Source: Patescibacteria group bacterium (GTDB lineage Bacteria; Patescibacteriota; UBA1384; XYA2-FULL-43-10; 1-14-0-10-43-13). Taken from it: a DNA stretch of 64,000 bases. Where the stretch lies: positions 198,177-262,176 of the forward strand of contig JBAYVE010000001.1 of NCBI GenBank assembly GCA_041674765.1. Reading direction: 5' to 3'. The notes under the pieces were generated by a model. It was not told where the DNA came from. It was given only the letters and a program-made list of their open reading frames with translations, and ran no database searches. Below, one piece after another: positions 26,210 to 35,122 of this stretch; the first letter of the stretch is position 1; each line of letters starts with the position of its first letter. The position numbers and the translations under genes were made by a program.

Positions 26210-27619
26210 CTAGTCTGTTATCTTTGTCATTTTTCCGCTATTTATGTTCACGTTGTAGAAACTGGAATGATTATCCCAAAGTAGCACATTATTTTCGTTC
26301 CCGTTCCAGCCGATTATAGCAAAGAAGCTACCAGGGAATTCAAGATCTTTCGAAGTTCCAGCCGCCAAATCAAGCACTTTCAATCCGGTTTCACCTTTAC
26401 CAAAGGTATCTGTAGAAAAAACAATTTTATCTGCTTTTGAGTTTACAATCCAATCACGAACTGAAACATCTTCTATGTCTGCATTTCCTATAGAAGCAGT
26501 TTTGTACTCTTTTAATTCCTTTGTAGCTTTGTTAAAGCTAGCTAGCCATCCACATTGACGCATGCATGTATGGTCGTAATCAGAAGTAATCCCAAAAACC
26601 ATATTATTAACTAAGGCTGGGTAAAGCAAATTAAATTTACCATCTTTTATGGTTGTTGAGGTGACATTTCCGCCAAGTGCCACCTGGGTAACGGAGTTTT
26701 GAGCCATATGCCCACCAGGCAAATTATTCCAAGTACCGAAAGCTACACTCGTACTTGTTTCATCCCAAACCATGTTGTTTCCTGCCGAAGACCATCGATA
26801 TGTGTCGGGAACATCGATTGGAATTAATTTCTCTTGTACAACATCATAAAATTCAATCTTGAGTTTCGGATTGGTTTGGCTGTCTAACATCTCAGCATAA
26901 GCAAAAAACTTGCCATCAGGAGACCATTTAGGGCTTGTTCCGCTTGAACTGCCAGAAAGATTTTCTGCGATTATCTTCTTAGTTTTTGACGACAGATTAA
27001 ATAGCACGATATCATAATTATTTCCGCCAATTGTATTGCCATCAACCGTCTCTGTATGATATTTAGCATAAACAATACTGTCCTGTGCTTGGTTAAAATC
27101 TAGAGATGAAATAAGGGTATTCTCCTGGACAACTAGTTGCTTTTCTCCAGTAAGAGTGTTCTTTTGCCAAATCTGATGGTAGCCTGCAATCCCTCCCTCG
27201 ATATAATTAATATAAAATACGACTGGTTGTTTGTCTTGAGCCATAATATGCTTAACCATGAAACTGGAACTTTTGCTGCCCGATGTACTTACTATACCCG
27301 TCTTGGCATTAAGCTTAGAACTACCACTGAAATTATAGAGGTTATCCACCAAAGAACCGAGATCATATTTTGTAGTACTGGTAGTGTTTGCTGTTTTTTT
27401 CGTATCTGATGATGTGCCAGGGCTTTCTTCGGTAGGAATAAAATAATTATCTTTAGAACCATTCAAAAGCACAACGCTTGATTTATTGTTGACAGTATTC
27501 CCGCTATCCTTTGAGTCAATGACTTCGTAGCTCAAAAATCCCATTACTAATAACAATAATACTATTAGCGAGTTTTGAACCGGATGGTTTTTATAGCCAT
27601 CAATAATTTTTCTAAACAT
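26210..27619 (-). CDS. membrane-anchored TolB-like / PD40 beta-propeller domain protein
   Basis: N-terminal TM helix. SPKWSPDGKFFAYAE PD40-type repeat. 469 aa. Confidence 0.45.
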   Translation of the reverse strand: MFRKIIDGYKNHPVQNSLIVLLLLVMGFLSYEVIDSKDSGNTVNNKSSVVLLNGSKDNYFIPTEESPGTSSDTKKTANTTSTTKYDLGSLVDNLYNFSGSSKLNAKTGIVSTSGSKSSSFMVKHIMAQDKQPVVFYINYIEGGIAGYHQIWQKNTLTGEKQLVVQENTLISSLDFNQAQDSIVYAKYHTETVDGNTIGGNNYDIVLFNLSSKTKKIIAENLSGSSSGTSPKWSPDGKFFAYAEMLDSQTNPKLKIEFYDVVQEKLIPIDVPDTYRWSSAGNNMVWDETSTSVAFGTWNNLPGGHMAQNSVTQVALGGNVTSTTIKDGKFNLLYPALVNNMVFGITSDYDHTCMRQCGWLASFNKATKELKEYKTASIGNADIEDVSVRDWIVNSKADKIVFSTDTFGKGETGLKVLDLAAGTSKDLEFPGSFFAIIGWNGNENNVLLWDNHSSFYNVNINSGKMTKITD

Positions 27620-27699
27620 TGAGTTACCTCCTTCTTATTTTTGTTAATCTTATTATACAGTTATCCTTTAATCAGTTCGAGTCCAGTATGGGTTATACT

Positions 27700-27742
27700 A
27701 AAAATAACTAGTACTAAACTAGTTATTTTTATGGCTCCCCGA
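27700..27742 (+). repeat. composite repeat unit C
   Basis: AAAAATAACTAGTACTAAACTAGTTATTTTT ATGGCTCCCCGA, preceded by AGTTCGAGTCCAGT (tRNA T-arm-like). Confidence 0.6.
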
Positions 27743-27898
27743 TAGTACTGCTATACGAATGATCTTAAATGATTTCGACTATTGGAGAAGAATTGGTTTT
27801 CTAATTGCCGCTACCTCTTAGCTCAACGGTTTGAGATAAAAGGGGCGAGACGTTGCTCTTGAGCAACGCCCGGAGCCCAATACTTTGAACATATTGGT

Positions 27899-28351
27899 TC
27901 AGATCGAGACACGATACTTTTCTGCATCTTGATGCAATCGGTCATACGATGCGCGATCCATCAACCCGCCTGGCCCTTCCAGGACAATTTGTATGCCAGG
28001 CAGTGCTTCTTGTAGTTCTTCTACTCGCTTTTCTCCGTGGAGAAAATGCTTGATGGCGGCATTGCGTCTCTCTTCGGAATCTGAGAATCCTCGAGCGCTT
28101 CCGAATCGCTCGAAGAGACACTCACGGAATTTGACTTTCCGTCCTTTAGTCGTGAGTGCAGTGTAATCCAGGATATACTGAAAAGTTGCAATCATACCGA
28201 CTGCTCCAGTTTCAGAGCGATTCTTAGCGGTTAGATTTGGGCTAATCAGCAGTTCCTTTTTGCATCCCTGGCTTTTTAGAATCTCTGCTAACTCAGCCAG
28301 TGACTTAGCCTTGAGAGGGAACAAACTCAGTACAAAACGTAGCATCGCCAT
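27899..28351 (-). CDS. hypothetical protein
   Basis: 150-aa ORF with no recognisable motif. Bounded by composite repeat units C and D. Confidence 0.4.
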   Translation of the reverse strand: MAMLRFVLSLFPLKAKSLAELAEILKSQGCKKELLISPNLTAKNRSETGAVGMIATFQYILDYTALTTKGRKVKFRECLFERFGSARGFSDSEERRNAAIKHFLHGEKRVEELQEALPGIQIVLEGPGGLMDRASYDRLHQDAEKYRVSI

Positions 28352-28493
28352 ACTCCTTCACGGTTGAGAACTGGTCTATTATTATGATAACATATTTAGC
28401 TATTTATAGCAACTCCATAATCACTCTAGAGATATGCATCACGCTCCAATGCTCGCTTAAAAATACTGGTTTGAGTCCACTCTGGCCTATACA

Positions 28494-28538
28494 AAAATAA
28501 CTAGTTTAAGACTAGTTATTTTTATGGCTCTACACAGC
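28494..28538 (+). repeat. composite repeat unit D
   Basis: AAAAATAACTAGTTTAAGACTAGTTATTTTT ATGGCTCTACACAG, preceded by GGTTTGAGTCCACT. Confidence 0.55.
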
Positions 28539-28647
28539 CGCGCCCTTCCATAGCTTTAGCGAAGGAGGGTGGCAGAAGTTCGAGCTAGCTTTGTATTAAA
28601 CCTACAATTGGCTTGAACTATAAATGATTCGAATATAAGATAATTGT

Positions 28648-29460
28648 ATGGAAAAATTTCATCAACCAGAATTTGAAACTCAACCAAAGCAAAGAACTCA
28701 TGACTTACTAAATTTATCATCTGGTGAGGAGATTGAATTCAACGAAAGAGTTGCTATGTTTAATGGGCAAGTGCGAGTTTTTGTGCATCCTTTTTATTGG
28801 TTGTCAAGAGAACCAGTAGATGAGGATACTAAGAATTCTGAGATTGAAGCATTAGAGGTAATCAAGTTTTTATTTAAACTCTTTGAGACTGATAAGGATA
28901 AGTTCCCTCCAACAATCGTGATGGATGAATATGCTGCTGCAGATGAAGTCAAGGATATCTATGATAGAAAAGTCCCGGATGATCGTTCTATTTACACTGT
29001 AGAAACCCTAGTAAATGAATCAATGCCAGCAGTTACAAGGCCAGAAGGTTTTGATGAAGATGAAATTGAGGCATTTATTCAGAAACATTTTCACGAATAT
29101 TGGCAAAAAATGATCGATGTATTGAAAAAAGCTGGCGTCAAAAAAATTATCATTTCCGGGATGGATTTGGAGTTGACTAAAATAGGAGAAGAAACCCCAG
29201 AATATGTAATTGAAACAATGCTTCCATATCTAAGACAGAGATACCAGAAAGGTGTTAAGAACTTTGATTATTATGCGAAATATTGTGTTGGAACAGCAGT
29301 ATGGAAATTGGCTAGTGATTTTGAAATTGAAATATCAAGATTTGCAGTACCACACGGCAGAAAAGAGTTACTCGATTATGAAAAAGGCCGCAGTGACTTG
29401 CCTGAAGAAACGGAAGAAATTAAACCCATTGAAAACAGCATTGATCGAAATCCTGAATAA
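28648..29460 (+). CDS. hypothetical acidic protein
   Basis: 270-aa ORF. Bounded by composite repeat units D and E. Confidence 0.45.
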   Translation: MEKFHQPEFETQPKQRTHDLLNLSSGEEIEFNERVAMFNGQVRVFVHPFYWLSREPVDEDTKNSEIEALEVIKFLFKLFETDKDKFPPTIVMDEYAAADEVKDIYDRKVPDDRSIYTVETLVNESMPAVTRPEGFDEDEIEAFIQKHFHEYWQKMIDVLKKAGVKKIIISGMDLELTKIGEETPEYVIETMLPYLRQRYQKGVKNFDYYAKYCVGTAVWKLASDFEIEISRFAVPHGRKELLDYEKGRSDLPEETEEIKPIENSIDRNPE

Positions 29461-29481
29461 TTTAAAATAGAGCTTCATAAT

Positions 29482-29516
29482 AAGATTAACTAGTCTAAGA
29501 CTAGTTAATCTTATTA
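29482..29516 (+). repeat. composite repeat unit E hairpin (variant stem, same ACTAGT core)
   Basis: AAGATTAACTAGTCTAAGACTAGTTAATCTT, runs directly into the pseudo-tRNA copy. Confidence 0.55.
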
Positions 29517-29612
29517 TGGCTCCCCGAACTGTCCGCCGGCTGGCGGATTCGTTAACAGCGAATTGCTCTGCCTCCTCCGTCCGCCAGCTGGTCGGAGGCG
29601 GAGAGCTATCGG
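29517..29612 (-). pseudogene. degenerate tRNA-Asn pseudo-copy: arms replaced by CCGCCAGCTGGCGG-type palindromes
   Basis: TGGCTCCCCGAACTG..CGTTAACAGCG..TTGCTCTGCC..GAGAGCTATCGGGGA matches the tRNA 3' end, anticodon loop, D-arm and 5' end in order. Insertions occupy the T-arm and D-loop. Confidence 0.5.
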
Positions 29613-29630
29613 GGAATAAAAAAATAGTGA

Positions 29631-29705
29631 TTATGGCTCCCCGAACTGGACTCGAACCAGTAACCTTCGCGTTAACAGCGCGCTGCTCTGCCATTGAGCT
29701 ATCGG
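29631..29705 (-). tRNA. tRNA-Asn (anticodon GTT), genomically encoded CCA
   Basis: Reverse complement folds as acceptor TCCCCGA/TCGGGGA, D-arm GCTC-AATGGCA-GAGC, anticodon stem GCGCG with loop CTGTTAA (GTT), V-loop AGGTT, T-arm ACTGG-TTCGAGT-CCAGT, discriminator G and CCA. 75 nt. Confidence 0.8.
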
Positions 29706-29710
29706 GGAGC

Positions 29711-29986
29711 TTAACCACTATTTTTTATCATGGACTTAATGAATTCTCTGCCTCGGAAACTTTTTAATTGTTTCTCTCTAATTAAAGCTTCCTTTCGAGC
29801 GGCAACCTCTTCTTTGTAAATCAACTGCCATTCGCCATCAAACCTAGCCGTATAACAATTTGGAAATCTATGATCATTGTGAGCAGCCATTCGTTCCTCT
29901 AAATCTTCAGTCTGGCCGATATAAAACTTTTCGTAAGATTTGTTATAAATTGCATAAATGATTACCATAATGCAATTATAATCCAA
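29711..29986 (-). CDS. GIY-YIG family nuclease, abutting tRNA-Asn
   Basis: FYIGQTEDLEERMAAHN..REKQLKSFRGREFIKSMI. Stop 3 nt from the tRNA 5' end. Start abuts another tRNA 5'-half fragment. Confidence 0.7.
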   Translation of the reverse strand: MDYNCIMVIIYAIYNKSYEKFYIGQTEDLEERMAAHNDHRFPNCYTARFDGEWQLIYKEEVAARKEALIREKQLKSFRGREFIKSMIKNSG

Positions 29987-30027
29987 TTGCTCTGCCTCCG
30001 CCAGCTGGCGGAGAGCTATCGGGGAAT
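29987..30027 (-). repeat. tRNA-Asn 5'-half fragment with CCGCCAGCTGGCGG palindrome insertion
   Basis: TTGCTCTGCCTCCGCCAGCTGGCGGAGAGCTATCGGGGAAT. Confidence 0.5.
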
Positions 30028-30171
30028 ATCGATAACAAGCACAATCTTAGCAAAAAAAGGTTAATCTGTAAATAATAATTATAGTAAAAATTTTTGTTGA
30101 CAAAAATAGCAATTAAGCATATAAATTAGACAATAATTTGGCGCTATTTTGGGCAAAGGAGGTAGACGTCA

Positions 30172-30522
30172 TTGCAGAATCCAGAGTATAGGATCATCTA
30201 CGTGTTCCTTATCCTGACATTGTTGACAAGGAAGGAACTGCATATCCACGTTGCCGCCAACAACGCTCTAACCGGCGGCGACTACAACTGGCCCCATCTT
30301 ATGGAAATCGGGGCCAGGAGACTGGGACGAGAGTTGGGCCAAACCATCGCTCCGGTAAGAGAGAATTTTCAATTGTTGCCGACCGGACAATACGTTTCTG
30401 CTTCTCGAACTAAAAAACCGACGAAGAAGAAGCCACCACCGTCCGAACCGCCGCAAAAAAGGCGCCCGAGGAAAAGGTCCGCTAACGTACAAGAGTCCCT
30501 CACCCTCAGTTTGGGACTGTAA
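30172..30522 (+). CDS. hypothetical protein with highly basic Pro/Lys/Arg-rich C-terminal tail; TTG start; GC-rich
   Basis: SD AAGGAGG 8 nt upstream of TTG. Tail KKPTKKKPPPSEPPQKRRPRKRS. Hairpin CCCCGAGGTT..AACCTCGGGG downstream. Confidence 0.3.
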   Translation: MQNPEYRIIYVFLILTLLTRKELHIHVAANNALTGGDYNWPHLMEIGARRLGRELGQTIAPVRENFQLLPTGQYVSASRTKKPTKKKPPPSEPPQKRRPRKRSANVQESLTLSLGL

Positions 30523-30657
30523 TCTCTCCCCCCGAGGTTAATGGTAAAAACCTCGGGGACAAATCAGAACAATTAATATTTAATTGCTCTGATTTTGTCT
30601 TTAAGGGTGAAAATAATTATGTTTGCTACATATTGTTTATAGGTATATTATTCATTT

Positions 30658-31878
30658 ATGAACAACTTTGGGGTCTCAAAAAGGGGAGAGCTTGCGCCGG
30701 CTTCGCCTATTCGGAAACTGGCGGCTTTTGCGGATCAGGCGGAGAAGGACGGCGTCCATATTTACCATCTCAATATAGGACAACCGGATTTGGTTGTGCC
30801 AAAGTCTGTAGAGCATAGGATTAAAAACTGCTCCATCTCTTATATTCCGTATGAGAATTCTCACGGTATGGCCTGTTTTATTGATAGTTGGCGACGATAT
30901 TATGAGGAAATGAATGTTTCTCTAATGCCAAGGAACATTCTCGTCACCTCCGGAGGTAGCGAAGCGATAAGCTTCGCTCTGGCGGCCGTATGTGATCACG
31001 GAGATGAAGTAGTTTGCTTTGAGCCGCTCTATGCCAATTATTTAGGATTTGCCAATTTCTTGGGTATAGACTTAAAACCTATCTGTCTAGATGAGAATTA
31101 TCATCTGCCTAAGATGGAGATAATTGAACACAGCATCGGTAATCAAACCCGGGCGATTTTGTTAAACAACCCAAATAATCCGACGGGTACTGTCTTTTCG
31201 GAGCCGGAAATTAAAATGATACTAAAGTTGGCAAAGAAAAAGAGTCTTTATGTAATCTGCGACGAAGCTTATCTTGGGATTACTTTTGATGGCAAATCCA
31301 GTAAAAGCATTTTACAAATTGCTGACGAAAGTGAACTCGAGCGAATTATCGTAGTAGACAGCGTCTCGAAACGTCTAAATGCTTGTGGCCTCCGTGTCGG
31401 CATTCTCGTTACAAAAAATCTCAAATTAATGGATACCGTTGATAGATTTGCCCAAGCCCGTTTATCGGCCGGCATGCTAGATCAGTGGATACTGGCCGAT
31501 GCCCCGCGAGAAATTTCTAAATATTCTAAAAAGTTAGCCTCTGAATATCAAAAGAGACGTGACGCTTTTATCGACACCTTTGAGGCGGAATCGGGGATTA
31601 CGGTACATCGTCCGGAAGGTGCCTTCTATGCTTTTTTCAAAATTCCAGTAGAAGATACTGATCATTTTGCCAAATGGCTCTTGACGGACTTCAGAATTGA
31701 CAGTAAAACAGTAATGGTTGCTCCTGGCGCCGGGTTCTATGCTTCAGCAGAAAAGGGCAAGGATGAAATACGGGTAGCTTATGTCCTTAAGAAATCGGAA
31801 ATGAAAAAAGCCGCCAAAATTCTAGCGGCAGCGTTAAAAACTTATAATAGTTTATTTCCAGGAAGAGTAGGCCGATAA
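30658..31878 (+). CDS. PLP-dependent aminotransferase class I/II (aspartate aminotransferase-like)
   Basis: SPIRKL near the N-terminus, NNPNNPTGTV, SVSKRLNACGLRVG (PLP lysine). Confidence 0.85.
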   Translation: MNNFGVSKRGELAPASPIRKLAAFADQAEKDGVHIYHLNIGQPDLVVPKSVEHRIKNCSISYIPYENSHGMACFIDSWRRYYEEMNVSLMPRNILVTSGGSEAISFALAAVCDHGDEVVCFEPLYANYLGFANFLGIDLKPICLDENYHLPKMEIIEHSIGNQTRAILLNNPNNPTGTVFSEPEIKMILKLAKKKSLYVICDEAYLGITFDGKSSKSILQIADESELERIIVVDSVSKRLNACGLRVGILVTKNLKLMDTVDRFAQARLSAGMLDQWILADAPREISKYSKKLASEYQKRRDAFIDTFEAESGITVHRPEGAFYAFFKIPVEDTDHFAKWLLTDFRIDSKTVMVAPGAGFYASAEKGKDEIRVAYVLKKSEMKKAAKILAAALKTYNSLFPGRVGR

Positions 31879-32202
31879 TTCGGCGAAGATGAAGAGATCC
31901 ATCGACTTGATAACTCTCGGAACGAGTAGACGTCTCTTTCTAATAACGTCCATTTTTCTCCTTTCCTTAATTACTCTTGGGCTCTCTATTTTAGTCCTCG
32001 CTTTAATTTAGTCAAGCAAGAGACCGTCTGCAGATTTTAAATGCGACACGGTAAAGACTTAAGAATTTTATCCTTTTTGTATAAACAGCCAAAAATATGG
32101 CTGTTATTTTTGTATTACTAATTATCTTTCTCCAATGCGCTTGTAAGCCCTATAAGCAATAATTTGACTATTCCAGATGCTTTTAAAAAAGAAGGCTATT
32201 TT

Positions 32203-33579
32203 ATGTCTATGAGTGCTGCTGAGACTTTATCAAAAGGACAAAAGAGATTGCTGATCATCTTCGGTTTATTGTTGGCGGTTTCTTTGGTTCTTTATTTCCA
32301 ATCGACTGTTATTACAATCCTGGCCTTTCTCACGGCTTTTTATCTTATCCATGTAATATTCTCATTTTACATGCTGATTAGATCAATGTTTTATGGTCAG
32401 GAGATTATTATTACAAAAGAGGAAATAGATAATTTCAAGAATTGGCCAAAGTATACTATACTCTGCCCCTTGTATAAGGAGGCCAATATGCTTCCAGATT
32501 ATGTTCTCAATATGAGTGCGATCGATTATCCGAAGGAAAGACTGGAATGCCTTCTTCTTTTAGAAGAGGATGATAGGGATACGATCAAAGCCGCAAGAGA
32601 ATTTGGACTTCCGGACTACTTCAAGATTGTCGTCGTGCCTGATAGCTATCCCAAGACAAAACCGAAGGCGTGCAACTTTGGATTGGCACAAGCCACCGGT
32701 GATTTTGTCGTTATTTACGATGCCGAGGATTTGCCGGAAACGGATCAATTGAAGAAGGCTATTCTTGCGTTCCGAAAAGCCAACCGGGATGTAGCCTGTA
32801 TCCAAGCAAAATTAAATTATTATAACCCGAACCATAATTTTCTGACCAGAATGTTTACTAGCGAATATACACTTTGGTTTGACCTGATTCTCCCTGGGTT
32901 TCAATCGATTAATGCTCCGATTCCTCTCGGAGGTACTTCCAACCATTTTCCGACCAAGATTTTGAGGTTGCTAAACGGTTGGGACCCCTACAATGTTACC
33001 GAGGATTGCGATCTCGGTTTGAGATTGAAAGAAGCCGGCTTCAAGACGGAGATTTTGGATTCTACTACTTGGGAGGAGGCAAACTGTAACCTCAAAAACT
33101 GGATTCGCCAGCGGTCCCGTTGGATTAAAGGATATTTTCAAACTTTTTTGGTTCACGGACGGACTCCTATCTATACCATCAGAAAAATAGGTTTTTTAAA
33201 TACTATGCTATTTGGATTATTTACTGGATTTCTGCCCTTTGCTTCTATGATTAATCCATTTCTTTGGCTAACCACAATCAGTTATTTTGCGCTGCGTCCC
33301 ATTATCGGAGAGACGATAGAACAATTCTTTCCAGGTTATATTCTCTACCCGTCGGCATTCTGTTTGATTGTTGGCAACTTTTTGTACATCTATAACTATT
33401 TGGTGGGATCGTCCAAGAGGGGATATGACGGCTTGGTGAAATATGGTCTTCTGATGCCGGTTTATTGGCTTTTAATTAGCTTTGCAGGTTGGTATGGGCT
33501 GATTCAACTCACTTTTAAACCTCATTTTTGGGAGAAAACGAAACATGGGCTTAGTAAAATCAAGGAAACAAATGCGTAA
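32203..33579 (+). CDS. family 2 glycosyltransferase, processive membrane-integrated synthase type
   Basis: N-terminal TM helices. DAED motif in VIYDAEDLPE. QRSRW (QxxRW) motif. C-terminal TM helices. ATG at 32203 is preferred over the TTG at 32164. Confidence 0.7.
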   Translation: MSMSAAETLSKGQKRLLIIFGLLLAVSLVLYFQSTVITILAFLTAFYLIHVIFSFYMLIRSMFYGQEIIITKEEIDNFKNWPKYTILCPLYKEANMLPDYVLNMSAIDYPKERLECLLLLEEDDRDTIKAAREFGLPDYFKIVVVPDSYPKTKPKACNFGLAQATGDFVVIYDAEDLPETDQLKKAILAFRKANRDVACIQAKLNYYNPNHNFLTRMFTSEYTLWFDLILPGFQSINAPIPLGGTSNHFPTKILRLLNGWDPYNVTEDCDLGLRLKEAGFKTEILDSTTWEEANCNLKNWIRQRSRWIKGYFQTFLVHGRTPIYTIRKIGFLNTMLFGLFTGFLPFASMINPFLWLTTISYFALRPIIGETIEQFFPGYILYPSAFCLIVGNFLYIYNYLVGSSKRGYDGLVKYGLLMPVYWLLISFAGWYGLIQLTFKPHFWEKTKHGLSKIKETNA

Positions 33580-35122
33580 CTTTAAATATATTTTTGCTTT
33601 AGTATTCATCATCAGTTTATTTCTGATTGCCACCTCGCGAGCTAGTCTCGGGAGTCCTTCTAAGGAAGATATCCAAAGTAATCTCAAAGAAGCCGGACAA
33701 TCATTTGAAAGCTCTCAGGAACGGGCTCGTTACTCTTTAGCGGAAGCGATAGTAAGAGACAAAACACTAGTGCTGGATAACTATGCGGATCAAGCCCTGC
33801 CCGATATCGCGTATAAGGACAACCACTATTACAGTGTATTCCCGCCAGGGTTTTCCTTTCTTATTGCTCCTGCCCTGTATCTAGGCGATAAAATAGGCCA
33901 GCCAGTTATCGCAGTTTTTGCGATTCCGCTCCTAGCAAGTATTTTGAGTGCAATTTTTATCTATCTGATAGCAGTAAATCATCTACAGATCTCAAAATTA
34001 TCCGGCCTGATCTCGGCTGTAGTATTTTCTCTGACGACTATTTCTTGGAGCTATTCGGTCACACTCTATGCGCACACAACTTCGGCGCTGTGTTTAATTG
34101 CAGGCATATATTTTGCCCTCAATTCAGTGAAGGGATCGGCAATCAATCATTTTTTGGTTTGGTTACTTTATGGGATTGCCATTTTGATTGATTATCCGAA
34201 TGCTCTAATCATGCTGCCGGTAGTCGGATTCATGTTTGTCACGAGTTTTGCGAGAGATAATAAATTTATCGAGCGCAAAGAGAGAATGTTCCTTCAATTC
34301 CGATTTGCTTCTACTTATACCATCCTGCCCTTTCTCCTTTTAGCATTAGCGCTTGCGTTTTATAACATCAAAACCTTTGGCGAATGGACAGCATTAGCTC
34401 ATAATTTTAGAGTAACTAATTTAATCGAGAATGGAGAGGTAACATACCAATTTCTAATTAGTCGCGCTCTTGATTTCAAGTATTTACAAAATGGTTTGTT
34501 TACCCTGCTTTTGAGTAAAAGTAGGGGAATAATTTATTATTGCCCTATCCTGTTGTTTTCGATTTATGGATATATAAAGGTAAATGAAAAATGGCCCAAG
34601 GTTGCGAGCTTATTCGTTCTGATATTTTTCATTAATCTAGTGATTTATGGCAGTTTCTATGACCCTTGGGGAGGTTGGGCATACGGCCCCAGATATTTGA
34701 TCGTTGCTATGCCGGTTTTGGCACTTCTAACCGGTGTCGCTTACGAATATATCAAAATTAGGAGTTCCTGGGTCTTTGGATTTGCCCTCTTGTTCTTCGC
34801 AAGCTTTGGCATCGCGCTTTTAGGGGCTTTGACTACAAATTTATTGCCCCCAGCCGCTGAGATAGGCCAGCAAATTGGTGCATTGGGTGCTCTGCCGATG
34901 CTTCACTCCGGGATAAGTGGTTCTCTTGTATTTAATCTAATTAGAAACACCATCAATATTTCATCACCCGAATTCTATCTTTTTTTAACAGCCCTTTTTG
35001 CTCTGTTTTTTATTCCGATTTTTCTTGGTCAAATCACTTTTAACTTTGTATTGGCTTTGAGGAGAAGGCATTCTAAGCAGAGCGAATATATTCTTAGCGA
35101 GAAGGAGGCTTTATGTTCTTGA
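33545..35122 (+). CDS. polytopic membrane protein, GT-C-fold glycosyltransferase-like (ArnT/PMT-like)
   Basis: More than 10 predicted TM helices. Periplasmic loop with DNYADQ..PPGFSFLIAP. Overlaps the upstream gene's end, consistent with operon coupling. Confidence 0.45.
   Translation: MGLVKSRKQMRNFKYIFALVFIISLFLIATSRASLGSPSKEDIQSNLKEAGQSFESSQERARYSLAEAIVRDKTLVLDNYADQALPDIAYKDNHYYSVFPPGFSFLIAPALYLGDKIGQPVIAVFAIPLLASILSAIFIYLIAVNHLQISKLSGLISAVVFSLTTISWSYSVTLYAHTTSALCLIAGIYFALNSVKGSAINHFLVWLLYGIAILIDYPNALIMLPVVGFMFVTSFARDNKFIERKERMFLQFRFASTYTILPFLLLALALAFYNIKTFGEWTALAHNFRVTNLIENGEVTYQFLISRALDFKYLQNGLFTLLLSKSRGIIYYCPILLFSIYGYIKVNEKWPKVASLFVLIFFINLVIYGSFYDPWGGWAYGPRYLIVAMPVLALLTGVAYEYIKIRSSWVFGFALLFFASFGIALLGALTTNLLPPAAEIGQQIGALGALPMLHSGISGSLVFNLIRNTINISSPEFYLFLTALFALFFIPIFLGQITFNFVLALRRRHSKQSEYILSEKEALCS

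Noticed and set aside
26028-29516. Integron-like attC cassette array
   Set aside because: Considered because single genes are separated by palindromic elements. The hairpins are perfect 13-bp stems rather than attC-like imperfect bipartite sites. No intI is present. The units carry tRNA-derived ends. Reported instead as a tRNA-associated composite repeat.
30633-30864. Short ORFs overlapping the aminotransferase start
   Set aside because: The aminotransferase reading frame carries the conserved SPIRKL N-terminal block. The overlapping frames are spurious.
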